Origin: an uncultured bacterium
GTDB lineage: Bacteria; Zhuqueibacterota; QNDG01; DTFT01
Reading direction: 5' to 3'
Length of the DNA stretch: 64,000 nucleotides
Assembly (NCBI GenBank): GCA_963736115.1
Contig: CAVTNR010000002.1
Coordinates: 1 to 64,000 of the forward strand
The notes beneath the pieces are model-generated. The model did not search any database. It was given only the letters and a program-made list of their open reading frames with translations, and was not told the DNA's origin. Shown here piece after piece: positions 1 to 10,195 of the stretch (position 1 is its first letter; each line of letters opens with the position of its first letter). Made by a program: the position numbers and the translations under genes.

Positions 1-443
1 GGATGAACCGCATCGTCCTGCGCGACGGTCTACCCACCCGGTTTTCGACCCTGGTGTACGCGGAACTGCGCCCCAAATCCGACAAGGTCCGGCTGGTCAA
101 CGCGGGGCATTACCCGCCCATCCTGCTCCGTTCCGGAGCCGCGTCAGTGATGAAGCAGGGTGCGCCCGCGCTGGGCATCACGGCCAGGGCCGCTTACAAG
201 GAGCAGACCGTCCGCCTCCGAAAGGGCGACACCCTGCTGATTTATTCAGACGGCATCACGGACGCGCGCAATGTAAACGGCGCGCATTTCGACGAGAAGC
301 GCCTGATGGACATGATGCCTTCGCTGAACGGACTCCCGGCCGCGGACATGGGCAAGGCCCTTCTGGCGGCCGTGGACCGCTTCGTGGGCGAGGCGCGTCC
401 GAACGATGATCTCTCTCTGGTGATTCTGCAGCGAAAGGACTGA
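1..443 (+). CDS. PP2C/SpoIIE (RsbU-like) serine phosphatase, 5' truncated by window edge
   Basis: Motifs NAGHYPP, LIYSDGITDARN and C-terminal DDLSLV typical of SpoIIE phosphatase domains. Confidence 0.9.
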   Translation, partial: MNRIVLRDGLPTRFSTLVYAELRPKSDKVRLVNAGHYPPILLRSGAASVMKQGAPALGITARAAYKEQTVRLRKGDTLLIYSDGITDARNVNGAHFDEKRLMDMMPSLNGLPAADMGKALLAAVDRFVGEARPNDDLSLVILQRKD

Positions 444-447
444 GGAT

Positions 448-1431
448 ATGGAAATGCGGAAGTTCGGTCGGACCGGCTGGTCCGTGTCGGCCGTCGGATT
501 CGGCGCCTGGGCGATCGGCGGCTCATGGGGCCGGACGGACGATTCCGAATCCATGTCGGCCCTGCACCGGTCGCTTGATCTCGGCGTCAATTTCTTCGAC
601 ACGGCCGATGTGTACGGCGACGGCCACAGCGAGCGCCTGCTCGGCCGTCTGCGGCGCGAATGCCCCGAGCCTTTTCTCATCGCCACCAAGGCGGGCCGCC
701 GTCTCGACCCCCACGCGGCCCAAGGCTACAACCGGTCGAATCTCACCGCTTTCGTCGAACGCAGTCTGAAAAACATAGGGACCGATTCGCTCGATTTGCT
801 GCAGCTCCATTGTCCGCCGTCGGCCGTGTACGACAGGCCTGAGGTCTTCGGTATTCTGGATGATCTGGCCGTTTCCGGAAAAATCCGGCATTACGGCGTA
901 AGCGTCGAAACCGTGGACGAGGCGCTCCGGTCGCTGGTATATCCGAACGTGATGTCCGTGCAGATCATTTTCAACCTCTTCCGGATCCGCCCGGCCGAGG
1001 CGTTCTTCACCGAGGCGAAACGCCGCGGGGTCGGCGTGCTGGCCCGAGTGCCGTTGGCTTCCGGGCTTCTCACCGGAAAGATGACCGCGGCCACCGCATT
1101 CGCTCCGGATGACCACCGGGCTTTCAACCGGAAGGGCGAAGCCTTCGACCGGGGCGAGACATTCTCGGGAATCGATTACGAAACCGGGCTGGCCGCGATC
1201 GAAGAGTTGAAAAAGATCGTCCCGCCCGGCGTGTCCCTGGCCCGCTTCGCGCTCAGGTGGATCCTGATGTTCGACGCGGTTGCCTGCGTTATCCCGGGCG
1301 CCCGCCGTCCGTCCCAGGCCGAGGAGAACGCATCCGCCGCGGACCTTCCGCCCCTGACCGAAACGCAGATGCAGGCTTGCCGGGAGATCTATGACCGCTT
1401 CATCCGGCCGCAGGTGCACCATTTGTGGTAG
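448..1431 (+). CDS. Aldo/keto reductase
   Basis: GFGAWAIGG, FFDTADVYGDGHSE, LDLLQLH, PLASGLL and IPGA motifs; GAGG RBS. Confidence 0.93.
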   Translation: MEMRKFGRTGWSVSAVGFGAWAIGGSWGRTDDSESMSALHRSLDLGVNFFDTADVYGDGHSERLLGRLRRECPEPFLIATKAGRRLDPHAAQGYNRSNLTAFVERSLKNIGTDSLDLLQLHCPPSAVYDRPEVFGILDDLAVSGKIRHYGVSVETVDEALRSLVYPNVMSVQIIFNLFRIRPAEAFFTEAKRRGVGVLARVPLASGLLTGKMTAATAFAPDDHRAFNRKGEAFDRGETFSGIDYETGLAAIEELKKIVPPGVSLARFALRWILMFDAVACVIPGARRPSQAEENASAADLPPLTETQMQACREIYDRFIRPQVHHLW

Positions 1432-1476
1432 AGCGTTCTATCACCTGTTGTTGAGTTTTGGATCGCCGATTAAATG

Positions 1477-1518
1477 AAAATCGCCCGGAAAGGTCCGCTT
1501 CCGGGCGATTTTGTTTTT
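1477..1518. terminator. Bidirectional intrinsic terminator
   Basis: AAAATCGCCCGGAA/TTCCGGGCGATTTT stem followed by a T-tract, between convergent genes. Confidence 0.8.
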
Positions 1519-1543
1519 CTAATTGCCGTAGGGCGCGAGCTTC

Positions 1544-3064
1544 TCAGCTCTGCGTTGCGTACTTCTTTCTCCGCTCCGCCAGCTCGTCGGCGATCTGCAG
1601 AGTCTTTTTCTTGGTGAGGGGATACGCGATCATCAGAAGCGCGCATATGGCGAACAGAATCGCGATGTACACGCTCGAGAACATCCGGAATCCCTCAAGC
1701 ACCTGCCCTGCGGGCGCGACGGCCGTGTCATATCCGTACCAGGCCGCCATCAGCCAGAGGAAAAAGGCGGACCCGAGACTCAACCCCGCCTTCAGGGAGA
1801 ATCCGATCGTCGCGAAGATGATGCCCGTGGCGCGTCTGCCCGTCTTCCACTCCCCGAAGTCCGCGGCGTCCGCGAAAATAGCCCAGATCAACGGGATGGT
1901 GGGGGCGTAGCAGATCGAGGTGATCGCGCTCATGGCGATCATGGCCCCCGTGTTCGTGGGCTTGAGCAGGTAGAACGAGAGGGAGGCAATCGCGGTGAGA
2001 CTGAAGCCGGCGGTCGCGACGGCCTTTTTCCCGAACCGCTTGGTCAGGGTTGAGGCGAACAGGATAATGATGAGAATCGTGGTCGCCGTGCCCACGATAT
2101 TGAAAACGCTGTTGAACACGTCCGCGACGTTGGAGTTCGCCAGATTCAGCCGGTCCCCGTGAACGATATACCCCAGCGTCTCGAGTATGCCGCCCTGCGC
2201 GGTCTCACCCGGAGCCAGTGCCGGGGCCGTCAGGCCGATTTTATGCAGCCAGTCGTACATCGCGGTCTTGTCCGCGTAATGATGAAAGTAATTATACCAG
2301 GCGCCGCCCCGCATCGCGAGTATGGCGAAATGCACGAGCGTGAAGAAGAACATGATGGCCCAGGGCTTGTTCCGGGCCAGATCGGCGAAATCCTGCTTCG
2401 GGGAAGTCTTCTGCTTCGGGGGCGGCTGGATGCGCTCCTTGGTGGAGAAAAACGTGATCATGAACAGCACGAGGCAGACGCCGGCCCAGAGGGCCATGGT
2501 CATGGTCCAGCCGTGCTGGCGGTTCAGCTGCGGTCCCGCGAACTTGGCCACCAAAGTCAGCGTGAATCCGCCCACGATAAACTGGGCGATGTTCGCGGAC
2601 ACGAACCGGAAGGAGTTCAGCTTGGTCCGTTCCACAACGTCACCGGTCATGACCCCGCCCAGAGCCGAGTAGGGCATGTTATTGGCCGAATAGAGCATCA
2701 TGAGCAGAATGTTCGTGGCGAAGGCGTAGAAGATCTTCGCAGAGCCCCCGAAACTGGGCGTCGTGTAGGCCAACACCATAGCCACGGCCCACGGAATGGC
2801 GGTCCAGAGCACCCAGGGACGGAAACGGCCCCAGCGGGTGTTGGTGCGGTCGGCGAGCAGACCCATGATTGGATCGAAACACGCGTCCCAGAGCCGGGCG
2901 ACCAGCAGAATGGTGGCGGCGAGACCCGCGGTCAGGCCGAACACGTCCGTGTAGAAGTTCGCCTGGAACAGAATCATCGTCTGAAAGACGAAATTCGCGG
3001 CCGCGTCTCCGCCGCTGTATCCCAGCTTCTCGAAAAACGACAGCTTCTGGCTTTTCTCGCTCAT
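1544..3064 (-). CDS. MFS glycoside-pentoside-hexuronide:cation symporter (xyloside/glucuronide-like)
   Basis: EKLGYSGGDAAAN, RLWDACFDP, DRTNTRWGRFRPW and DFGEWKTGRR motifs; start MSEKSQK after AAGGAAG. Confidence 0.9.
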   Translation of the reverse strand: MSEKSQKLSFFEKLGYSGGDAAANFVFQTMILFQANFYTDVFGLTAGLAATILLVARLWDACFDPIMGLLADRTNTRWGRFRPWVLWTAIPWAVAMVLAYTTPSFGGSAKIFYAFATNILLMMLYSANNMPYSALGGVMTGDVVERTKLNSFRFVSANIAQFIVGGFTLTLVAKFAGPQLNRQHGWTMTMALWAGVCLVLFMITFFSTKERIQPPPKQKTSPKQDFADLARNKPWAIMFFFTLVHFAILAMRGGAWYNYFHHYADKTAMYDWLHKIGLTAPALAPGETAQGGILETLGYIVHGDRLNLANSNVADVFNSVFNIVGTATTILIIILFASTLTKRFGKKAVATAGFSLTAIASLSFYLLKPTNTGAMIAMSAITSICYAPTIPLIWAIFADAADFGEWKTGRRATGIIFATIGFSLKAGLSLGSAFFLWLMAAWYGYDTAVAPAGQVLEGFRMFSSVYIAILFAICALLMIAYPLTKKKTLQIADELAERRKKYATQS

Positions 3065-3223
3065 CGATGGCTTCCTTTTCAGGTAAGGTGATGGGATGAA
3101 GTTCGATTGGTTCACGCGGCAGCGGACGATGACCCCTCTCCGGAACTGCGTGACCGATAACGCCTCTTCCGAACTGAAACCCGCGGTTTCTGGGGACATT
3201 CCAAAAAACCGCGGACGATTCTC

Positions 3224-3448
3224 CTAATGCTTTTTCCCTTTGAGCGTCCGCAGGGACGGAACCAGAAACAATAGGCCCGCCGCAAGCATGATCAATCCCC
3301 ACCACAGGCTGGGGTTGAGATGCGCGAGCACGGTGACCTGCTGGGGGCGGAACAGAAAATAAACGCCTGTCGCCGTGATGATGACTCCGAATACGGTCAG
3401 CATCAGCCCGACGAAGAACCAGATGGACAGCATGCGGTGTTCGGACAC
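3224..3448 (-). CDS. Small two-TM membrane protein, probable partner of the upstream SSS transporter
   Basis: 74 aa, two hydrophobic helices, directly downstream of the SSS gene. Confidence 0.7.
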   Translation of the reverse strand: MSEHRMLSIWFFVGLMLTVFGVIITATGVYFLFRPQQVTVLAHLNPSLWWGLIMLAAGLLFLVPSLRTLKGKKH

Positions 3449-3461
3449 GTCGGGCCCCCTT

Positions 3462-5120
3462 CTACCAGAAGATGAGATTCAGGATCAAAAACACGCCGAG
3501 CGCCGCCAGGGCCATGAGCCCCGGTCTCTGGTAGAAACGGAGCTTGCCGTCACTGGCGACGGTGGTCAGCCCCCTGACCAGACCGGCCAGCTGGGCTTTC
3601 GGCTTGGGCCTGGTGAAGGCGCTCACCAGAATGGTGATCACGAAGCAGATCAGCCACGCCCACCAGGCCCGCCAGAAATTGGCGGCCATCGGGCTGGCGT
3701 TCTTCGACAGGGTGATCAGGCTTGCGGAAATCCATCCGAACTTGACCGCGAGAAAGAGTGAAAAGGACGAGACCATGCCCGCGATCAGGCCCCAGAAAGC
3801 GCCGGCGGACGTGATCCGCGCGAAAAACATGCCGAGCAGCATGGTGGCGAACAGCGGGGCGTTCACCCACGAAAAGATAGCCTGCATGTAATCCATGATG
3901 CTGGGGAACGACTTGGCCCAATACGCGGTGACCACGCTGAGCAGAATGCCGACGATCGTGGCCGCCCGGCCCATGCGGACCGTGTGGGCGTCCGTGGCCT
4001 TTTTCCGGATCAGGGCCCGGTAAATGTCATAAGTCCAGACCGTATTGAAGGCGCTGATGTTGCCAGCCTGACCGGCCATGAAGCCCGCCAGCAGTGCCGT
4101 CACGCCCAATCCCATGAGGCCGGTCGGATAATACCGCTTGATCAGCATGGGCAATGCGGAATCATAGCGCACACTGCCGTCCTCGACGAGAAGTGAGAAC
4201 CCCGTACCCGGATCGCGCGCCAGCACCCACGCGACGAGACCGGCGATGACCACGATGAACGGAAGGGCCATTTTAAAGAAGGAGGCGATGATGGGAGTCA
4301 TGCGCGCGGACCGGAGATCCTTGGAGGAGAACGCGCGCTGCACGACCAGGAAATCCGTGGTCCAGTACCCGAACGAAAGCACGAAGCCGAGTCCGAGGGC
4401 CACCCCCATCCAGGTCACCTGCATCCCGTTGTTCGCCGGATCGGTGGACGTGGACCAGAGGGCGCCCATGGAGTCCGGGAGCCGGTTGAAGACCTCCTGC
4501 CATCCGCCGATTTCAATGATCCCCAGGACGGACACCAGGAACAGGCCGAACCAGATCAGGAAAAACTGGATAATCTCGGTGAAAATGGCGGAAAGCAGGC
4601 CGCCCAGCGTCACATAGACGGCCACGGTTCCCGCCGAAATCCACATACAGGCGTCCCAGTTCCATCCGAGAAAGGTGCGCAGGACCAGGGCCATGGCGTA
4701 CAGGTTAATGCCCGACACAAGGAGGGTCATGACTCCGAATGCGATCGCGTTCAATATGCGCGTTTTTTCGTCGAAACGGAGCTTCAGGTACCCGGGAACG
4801 GAGTGGATCTTGCTGGAATAGTAGAAGGGCATCATGTAAATCGCGAGAAACAGCATTGCGGGAATCGCGCCGACCCAGTAGAAATGGGCGACGAACATGC
4901 CGTATTCGTAGGTGTTGCCGGTCATGCCCAGCAGTTCAAGGGCGCCCATGTTGGCCGAAAGAAACGCGAGCCCGGCCACCCAGGCGCTGTTCCGGCGGCC
5001 GGCGATGAAAAAATCCTCACCCGTCTTGGTGAACCGCCTGAGGTAGAACCCGATGCCCAGCACGAAAGCGAAATAAATCCCGATGACCAGCCAGTCCACC
5101 CAGGTGATGTGAAAGGTCAT
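3462..5120 (-). CDS. Sodium:solute symporter (SSS family)
   Basis: DFFIAGR, SANMGALE, YWTTDFLVVQR and AFNTVWTYDIY motifs; many TM helices. Confidence 0.92.
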   Translation of the reverse strand: MTFHITWVDWLVIGIYFAFVLGIGFYLRRFTKTGEDFFIAGRRNSAWVAGLAFLSANMGALELLGMTGNTYEYGMFVAHFYWVGAIPAMLFLAIYMMPFYYSSKIHSVPGYLKLRFDEKTRILNAIAFGVMTLLVSGINLYAMALVLRTFLGWNWDACMWISAGTVAVYVTLGGLLSAIFTEIIQFFLIWFGLFLVSVLGIIEIGGWQEVFNRLPDSMGALWSTSTDPANNGMQVTWMGVALGLGFVLSFGYWTTDFLVVQRAFSSKDLRSARMTPIIASFFKMALPFIVVIAGLVAWVLARDPGTGFSLLVEDGSVRYDSALPMLIKRYYPTGLMGLGVTALLAGFMAGQAGNISAFNTVWTYDIYRALIRKKATDAHTVRMGRAATIVGILLSVVTAYWAKSFPSIMDYMQAIFSWVNAPLFATMLLGMFFARITSAGAFWGLIAGMVSSFSLFLAVKFGWISASLITLSKNASPMAANFWRAWWAWLICFVITILVSAFTRPKPKAQLAGLVRGLTTVASDGKLRFYQRPGLMALAALGVFLILNLIFW

Positions 5121-5188
5121 TGATGCCTCCTCATGCTGCGACGCCCGGGGCCGGTATCACCGGCCGGCCCGGAGGCAGGGTTCTGAAA

Positions 5189-5222
5189 GCGGAAACCGGG
5201 GTCAAAGCGCCCCGGTTTCCGC
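5189..5222 (-). terminator. Strong hairpin, possible terminator after the TonB operon
   Basis: GCGGAAACCGGGG/CCCCGGTTTCCGC inverted repeat. Confidence 0.55.
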
Positions 5223-5271
5223 CGCAGAAAATCATCATCATGGACAAAAATCGAGATACAGGTCGGACGCG

Positions 5272-6279
5272 CTATTTCAACTGGATGGATCCGACCATTT
5301 TCTCGAACGCAGGCAGGAAGTCGTCCTTCATCTTCTGATAGTAGTTGAAGATGATCCGGACCATTTTATCATCTTTCACGAGAAAATAGGCCCGGCTCTG
5401 GACGCCGGGCTGGGGCGAATAATTCAGGTAGATCGATTTCGCGCCCGCGACACCGGCCTCGCCCTGCGATGTGGCCTTGAAGAACTTGCTGTTCTGCTCC
5501 ACCACTTTCTCGAGGGTCTGGTTCTGCGCCGGCAGGATGTCGATCCGGAACGTGCAGTCCGCGCGATCGCCCTTGACATCCAGGGAATAAACAACGGGGG
5601 CTTTCGCCTGGGCCGTCGCCGCGCCGAAATTGTCCGGCAGCGACATTTTGCAGGTCGCGTCCTCGTACGTCTTATACACGGTGGAAGGCTTCTGCAGATC
5701 CTCCGGCTTCAGGTCCTTCTGGGAGATGGGGAAACGGAAGGACGCAAGCGCGGTGTCGAGTACCGCCCGGGAGGCGGCGAAAGCCTTGTTGAACGCCTCG
5801 TACTTGATCGTGACGAGAAAGGAGTCCTTCACGGCCTGCACCTGGACGGCCTCCAGTTTGTTCTTGGCATCCACGAATCCGCTGAAGCGAACGGCCGTTC
5901 CCGGCACGCCGCGGACCGGGCCGGCAGTCACTTCACTGATGACGAAACCGGAGGCGGACAGGGTGTTTTTAAGTTCGTCCACGGCCTTCTCGAGCGTCTT
6001 GAGCGTGTCCATACGGTCGTACCAGACGACCAAGCGCGCGCCGTCCTTGCCCTTGACCGTATAGTCATAGAAGCGCTCGATGACTTCCTGAGAGGAATAG
6101 ACCATGTACCGGCTTCCGCCCTCCGATGTCATGATCCAGTTCTGAGGATAACGAAAACCGGGAAGCTGGATGAGGCCGGTATTTTCCGTCCATCCGGAGA
6201 TCTGGGGCTTGGATTCCTTCTTGGCGCATCCGGTCCAGATGGCCGCACCGAGGCAGACGAGAAGCAACACGCGTTTCAT
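5272..6279 (-). CDS. Lipoprotein with probable tandem PsbP/DcrB-like domains
   Basis: Lipobox IWTG-C after MKRVLLL; two repeated units ending in 'F...(D/E)...SF/I'; GGAGGAGG RBS. Confidence 0.65.
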   Translation of the reverse strand: MKRVLLLVCLGAAIWTGCAKKESKPQISGWTENTGLIQLPGFRYPQNWIMTSEGGSRYMVYSSQEVIERFYDYTVKGKDGARLVVWYDRMDTLKTLEKAVDELKNTLSASGFVISEVTAGPVRGVPGTAVRFSGFVDAKNKLEAVQVQAVKDSFLVTIKYEAFNKAFAASRAVLDTALASFRFPISQKDLKPEDLQKPSTVYKTYEDATCKMSLPDNFGAATAQAKAPVVYSLDVKGDRADCTFRIDILPAQNQTLEKVVEQNSKFFKATSQGEAGVAGAKSIYLNYSPQPGVQSRAYFLVKDDKMVRIIFNYYQKMKDDFLPAFEKMVGSIQLK

Positions 6280-6375
6280 GAATCCTCCTCCTCCTTGCAT
6301 GGGATCACACTGTGCCGATTGACCGGACCCCGGTTCGAGCCCGCAGGTCCGGCGGAACTTCGCTGTTCCGGTGAC

Positions 6376-8064
6376 TCAGAAACCCAGATCCAGCCGGTCC
6401 AGGCCCTTCTGTGCATCAATGCCCTCCTTCTTCTTGGGCACGGCGCGGACGATGCGCTCGTACTCCCGCCGCGCCTCATCCCGCCGGTTCATCGCGTGCA
6501 GGGTCTGGGCGTGCCACAGGGCCAGTTCCCAGTCGTTCGGCCGGAACGGCATGGCGCTCTCAATGGCCATCAGCGCGGCCGGGTAATTCTTTTCATAGAG
6601 CCCCACGAACGCCAGATAGCGGTAGGAATCGCCGAGTTCGTTCCGGTACCGCGTCTTCTGCGTGTCGGCCAGGGCGATGACGGTCTCGTATTCCCGCTTC
6701 GCGGCCTGCACCGAGTCCATCCGTTGAAGCGCGTAGGCAAGGTAATAGTGCCCGCCGACGTAATTCGGGGCCTGCCTCAACCCGCGGACCAGTGCCCGGC
6801 GCGCGTTGTCCCAGTTGTTCATCTGCTCCTCGCACAGCGCGTAATTCACGTAAGCCGCCGTGGCCGTGGAGTCCTGCCGGATCTTGGTCGCGAACATCGC
6901 CGAGGCCCGGCTCCAGTCCTTGACCCGCATGTAGGCCGAACCGAGATCCATGGGAACGTCGGTCTGGGTGGTGTCCATCTCCCACGAGCGCTTCAGGTGC
7001 CGGATGGCAGTCGTGTCGTTCCTGAGCTCGTAATGGGCCTTGCCGAGGAACTTGGTGTCCTCGGCGTCGAGGGGCTGAATCTTCGCGAGACGGCCGAACA
7101 GTTCGATGGCCTTGATGTGCATTTCGGAGGAGCGGCCGGCCCTTCCCAGCTGGTTACTGGATTTGGCCGCCAGCTTGAGCGCCTGAACATTGCCCTTATC
7201 CCGGGCCAGGATGCTGTCCGCCACGCCGAGCCCGACCGACCACGCCTTCGCCTGATCCACGGCCTCGTTGAACTGCGCCCAGTTTTCCAGGTCCTCGGGG
7301 TGAACCGTGACATAGGCGGCCAGGATGTTGGCCGCGTTGCCGTATTGTTTGGCGAGTATGTACAGCGTGCCGAGTTCGAGCGAGGGCGTCACCTTGTCCT
7401 CGCTGCAGTTGATGGCTGCGATGTACGACCTGGCCGCGTCGTTGTATCGCTGTTCCTGGCGGTACAGCCGGGCCAGCGTCAGCTTCAGGTCGCAGCGGGA
7501 GGAATCCAGGGCGGCGGCCTCCTCGTACTGGAGAATGGCGACCGCGCAGGCCTGCAGGCGGCGGTAGGATTCACCCAGGCCGATGTGGGCCTCCAGCGCC
7601 TTCGGGTCGGATTCCTTGGCCTGCGCGTACGCGACGATTGCCTGTTCCACGGAATCGGCCGCGAAATGCACATTGCCGAGCTGGATGAGCATGCCCGCAT
7701 GGTTTTTCTTGGACTTCAGCCCCTTGCGGATCACCGTGTAGGCTTCCTTGATCTTCTTCTGGGCGACGAGAGCCCGGTTGACGGCCAGAATGGCCTCAAC
7801 GTTCTTGTCATTGAAGCCGAGCAGAATCTTGCCCCTGGCCTCGGCGGAGTCGGCCTGCCCGACCGCCAGAAACGACTGGCTCAGCAGAAGCAGGGCGTCC
7901 TTATAGTGGATGTCGGTGGCCAGTGTGCCGCGCAGGCCGTTGATCACCGCCTGGTAATCTCCCTTCAGAAAGCAATCCTTCGCTTTCTGAATCTTGTCCT
8001 GCCCGGAGGCGGGTTGGGACGCCACGAGGACGAGGATGGAAAGCGCCAAGAGGAATCTTTTCAT
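6376..8064 (-). CDS. Exported tetratricopeptide-repeat protein
   Basis: Signal peptide and many TPR-like helical repeats (e.g. AHIGLGESY, GHYYLAYAL). Confidence 0.88.
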   Translation of the reverse strand: MKRFLLALSILVLVASQPASGQDKIQKAKDCFLKGDYQAVINGLRGTLATDIHYKDALLLLSQSFLAVGQADSAEARGKILLGFNDKNVEAILAVNRALVAQKKIKEAYTVIRKGLKSKKNHAGMLIQLGNVHFAADSVEQAIVAYAQAKESDPKALEAHIGLGESYRRLQACAVAILQYEEAAALDSSRCDLKLTLARLYRQEQRYNDAARSYIAAINCSEDKVTPSLELGTLYILAKQYGNAANILAAYVTVHPEDLENWAQFNEAVDQAKAWSVGLGVADSILARDKGNVQALKLAAKSSNQLGRAGRSSEMHIKAIELFGRLAKIQPLDAEDTKFLGKAHYELRNDTTAIRHLKRSWEMDTTQTDVPMDLGSAYMRVKDWSRASAMFATKIRQDSTATAAYVNYALCEEQMNNWDNARRALVRGLRQAPNYVGGHYYLAYALQRMDSVQAAKREYETVIALADTQKTRYRNELGDSYRYLAFVGLYEKNYPAALMAIESAMPFRPNDWELALWHAQTLHAMNRRDEARREYERIVRAVPKKKEGIDAQKGLDRLDLGF

Positions 8065-8076
8065 GGACTCCGTCTC

Positions 8077-9210
8077 CTATTCGGGTGAACCGCTTGTGAG
8101 TTGAACCAGCCGGACGGGCGTGGTGGCGGGGACCAGCCCCCGGTTCAGGAAAAGCTGCTGGCCCTGCGTGGAGGCCACAAACCCGCTGAACCCGAGGGCC
8201 AGGCGGGATTTCGCGCCGCAGACATACATGACGACCGGATAGTGAAGGGGATATTTTCCGATATAGACGTTCGCCTGATGGAGCTTCTGAATCACCGGCG
8301 CGCCCGAAGAGTCGGCGCCGATCATGTCCAGTGCCCGGACTTTCTGCTTCTCCACCCTGAGGGCCGACGTGTCCTTCAGGCAGGCGAGCGAGACGAAGCC
8401 CAGGCCGCCCAGGCGGCCCGCCACGGTTCGGATGACCTCGTTCTGATCCGAGGCCCTGACCATGGGCACGAATCCCTCTGAAATGAGGGAGAACCGCGTG
8501 CGGAGGAGCTCATAAGCGCCGGAGTTGATGCCCGTCGAAACGGTCTGGATCCGGCCGCTCAAGCCGGCCCCGGGTATCCGCGACCAGTCGGCGATCCGGC
8601 CCTCCAGAACGGCCCGAAGGCCGTCCGGCGTGATGCTCTCGAGATCGTTGAATAGGTTCACGACGACCGCAATCGCATCCTTTGCGATGACCACCGAGTC
8701 GATTCTGGATTTGGACCGCGCCGCGACCGAATCCTCCTCTGCGTTAAAGGGCCGGTCGAGCACCGCGCAGGGCAGGCTGTCGTTCAGCAGAGTGACTGCG
8801 GCCTGCCGCGTCTGCATGGGAAGAATGGTGATGTGGGCTTTGGTGTACAGCCGCATGAACAAATCGGCCTGGGCCCGCATCAGGGGGGCGTGCGATTCGG
8901 ACACGGCGATGGCGAGAGTGCCGGATTCGACCGTATCTTCGGTGGTCTTGGATTTCTGGCATGAGGACAGCCCGACGGCCAGGAGAAGGATCAGGAACGG
9001 GCCGGGCCTGTCGCGCTTCTGCCGCCGTGGCTTCAATCTCAGCACGGCCAGCCGGTATCCCGCATAGAGCAGCAGCACCACGCCAAACACGGTCCGCACC
9101 GCCGGACCCTGCGGCATGCGGATGAACCCAGCCAGCACGGCGATGCCCAGCAGCACCATCATCGCCGCAGCGGTGTAACCGATGATCCTCGTCAAATTCA
9201 GGTTGGTCAT
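8077..9210 (-). CDS. PstS-like substrate-binding protein with N-terminal two-TM extension and internal lipobox
   Basis: IAKDAIAVVVN, NSGAYE and YPL..F..FVAS..GQ..GLVP motifs of the PBP fold; position in exbBD-tonB operon. Confidence 0.8.
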   Translation of the reverse strand: MTNLNLTRIIGYTAAAMMVLLGIAVLAGFIRMPQGPAVRTVFGVVLLLYAGYRLAVLRLKPRRQKRDRPGPFLILLLAVGLSSCQKSKTTEDTVESGTLAIAVSESHAPLMRAQADLFMRLYTKAHITILPMQTRQAAVTLLNDSLPCAVLDRPFNAEEDSVAARSKSRIDSVVIAKDAIAVVVNLFNDLESITPDGLRAVLEGRIADWSRIPGAGLSGRIQTVSTGINSGAYELLRTRFSLISEGFVPMVRASDQNEVIRTVAGRLGGLGFVSLACLKDTSALRVEKQKVRALDMIGADSSGAPVIQKLHQANVYIGKYPLHYPVVMYVCGAKSRLALGFSGFVASTQGQQLFLNRGLVPATTPVRLVQLTSGSPE

Positions 9211-9407
9211 GGCATGAATCCTTTCGGATCGCGGCGCCCGAAGGGTCGGACAACCGTCCCCAGAATCCGCCAGACCGGCGGACCAGGCAAATCCTCATTC
9301 CGGCCGGAGGTCCGGCCCGCCGATTGCCGCCCAACCATTATTTTGGATTCAGGGGTTGGCCGGTCCTGAGTGACGCTTCGGCCATCCTGCGTCTGAAGCG
9401 GCAACAT

Positions 9408-9449
9408 TCGTCCCGCGTTCCGGATTTCAGGCCGGAACGCGGGACGCGA
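9408..9449. promoter_or_regulatory. Long hairpin immediately after tonB (mRNA stabiliser or attenuator)
   Basis: CGTCCCGCGTTCCGG/CCGGAACGCGGGACG perfect stem. Confidence 0.45.
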
Positions 9450-9463
9450 ACATATATCGTAGG

Positions 9464-10177
9464 TTATTTGAGCGTGAAATTGAAGGGGACCGCGAGCCAC
9501 ACGGCCACCGGCCCGTTCTTCATCATGGCCGGCGTGAAGAGCCATTTGCCCGCCGCGTCGATCACCGCCTGATTGAAGATTTCGGAGTCGCTTTTCATGA
9601 TCACGACTTCCTTGACCTTCCCTTCCTTGGTGATCCACAGCTTCGCGTACACCGAGCCTTCGAGCCCCGCCTTCTGGGCGATTTCGGGGTAGGTCGGATC
9701 AACTTTCTTGATGGCGACCGGCTCCTTCTCGAAGGGAACGAAGGCCGGCGGCGGCTCGTCCACTTCGATGTCCTGCTCGATCACGGCACTGCCGCCCACG
9801 TCGGTCGTGACGGGGCTTGACATCTGGCTCAGATCCTGCTGGGACGCGAATGAGGCTTCGGGGCTGACTTCCGCGTCCGGCACGGGCACCGGGATGCCGA
9901 TGCTCGGCTTTGCCGTGGGTCCGGCCATGGACACCGCCGGCGCCACCTCGCTGGAGGCGATCGACGGGGGCGGGCCCAAGTCGCTGTACTTGACGATTTT
10001 AATGATGGTTGTGGGCGGTTCTTCCTGGCCCAGAATCGTCGAACCCCAGTACAGGCCGACCAGCAGCAGGTGGGACACCGCCGCGATGATCATCGCGCGG
10101 ATCAGATACTTCTGTTGGACCTCCTTGAGTTCGATGCCTCCGTACTTCGGAAGGCCCGGCATGACATATCCCGACAT
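9464..10177 (-). CDS. tonB: Energy transducer TonB
   Basis: TM anchor, Pro-rich linker, C-terminal YPEIAQKAGLEGSV...WLFTPA...PFNFTL domain. Confidence 0.92.
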   Translation of the reverse strand: MSGYVMPGLPKYGGIELKEVQQKYLIRAMIIAAVSHLLLVGLYWGSTILGQEEPPTTIIKIVKYSDLGPPPSIASSEVAPAVSMAGPTAKPSIGIPVPVPDAEVSPEASFASQQDLSQMSSPVTTDVGGSAVIEQDIEVDEPPPAFVPFEKEPVAIKKVDPTYPEIAQKAGLEGSVYAKLWITKEGKVKEVVIMKSDSEIFNQAVIDAAGKWLFTPAMMKNGPVAVWLAVPFNFTLK

Positions 10178-10195
10178 GGGTGGTCTCCTGTTCCT

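Noticed and set aside
9030-9038. GATTGAAGC match to the MITE end inside the PstS-like gene
   Set aside because: Only 9 bp, with no following hairpin or second end; consistent with chance.
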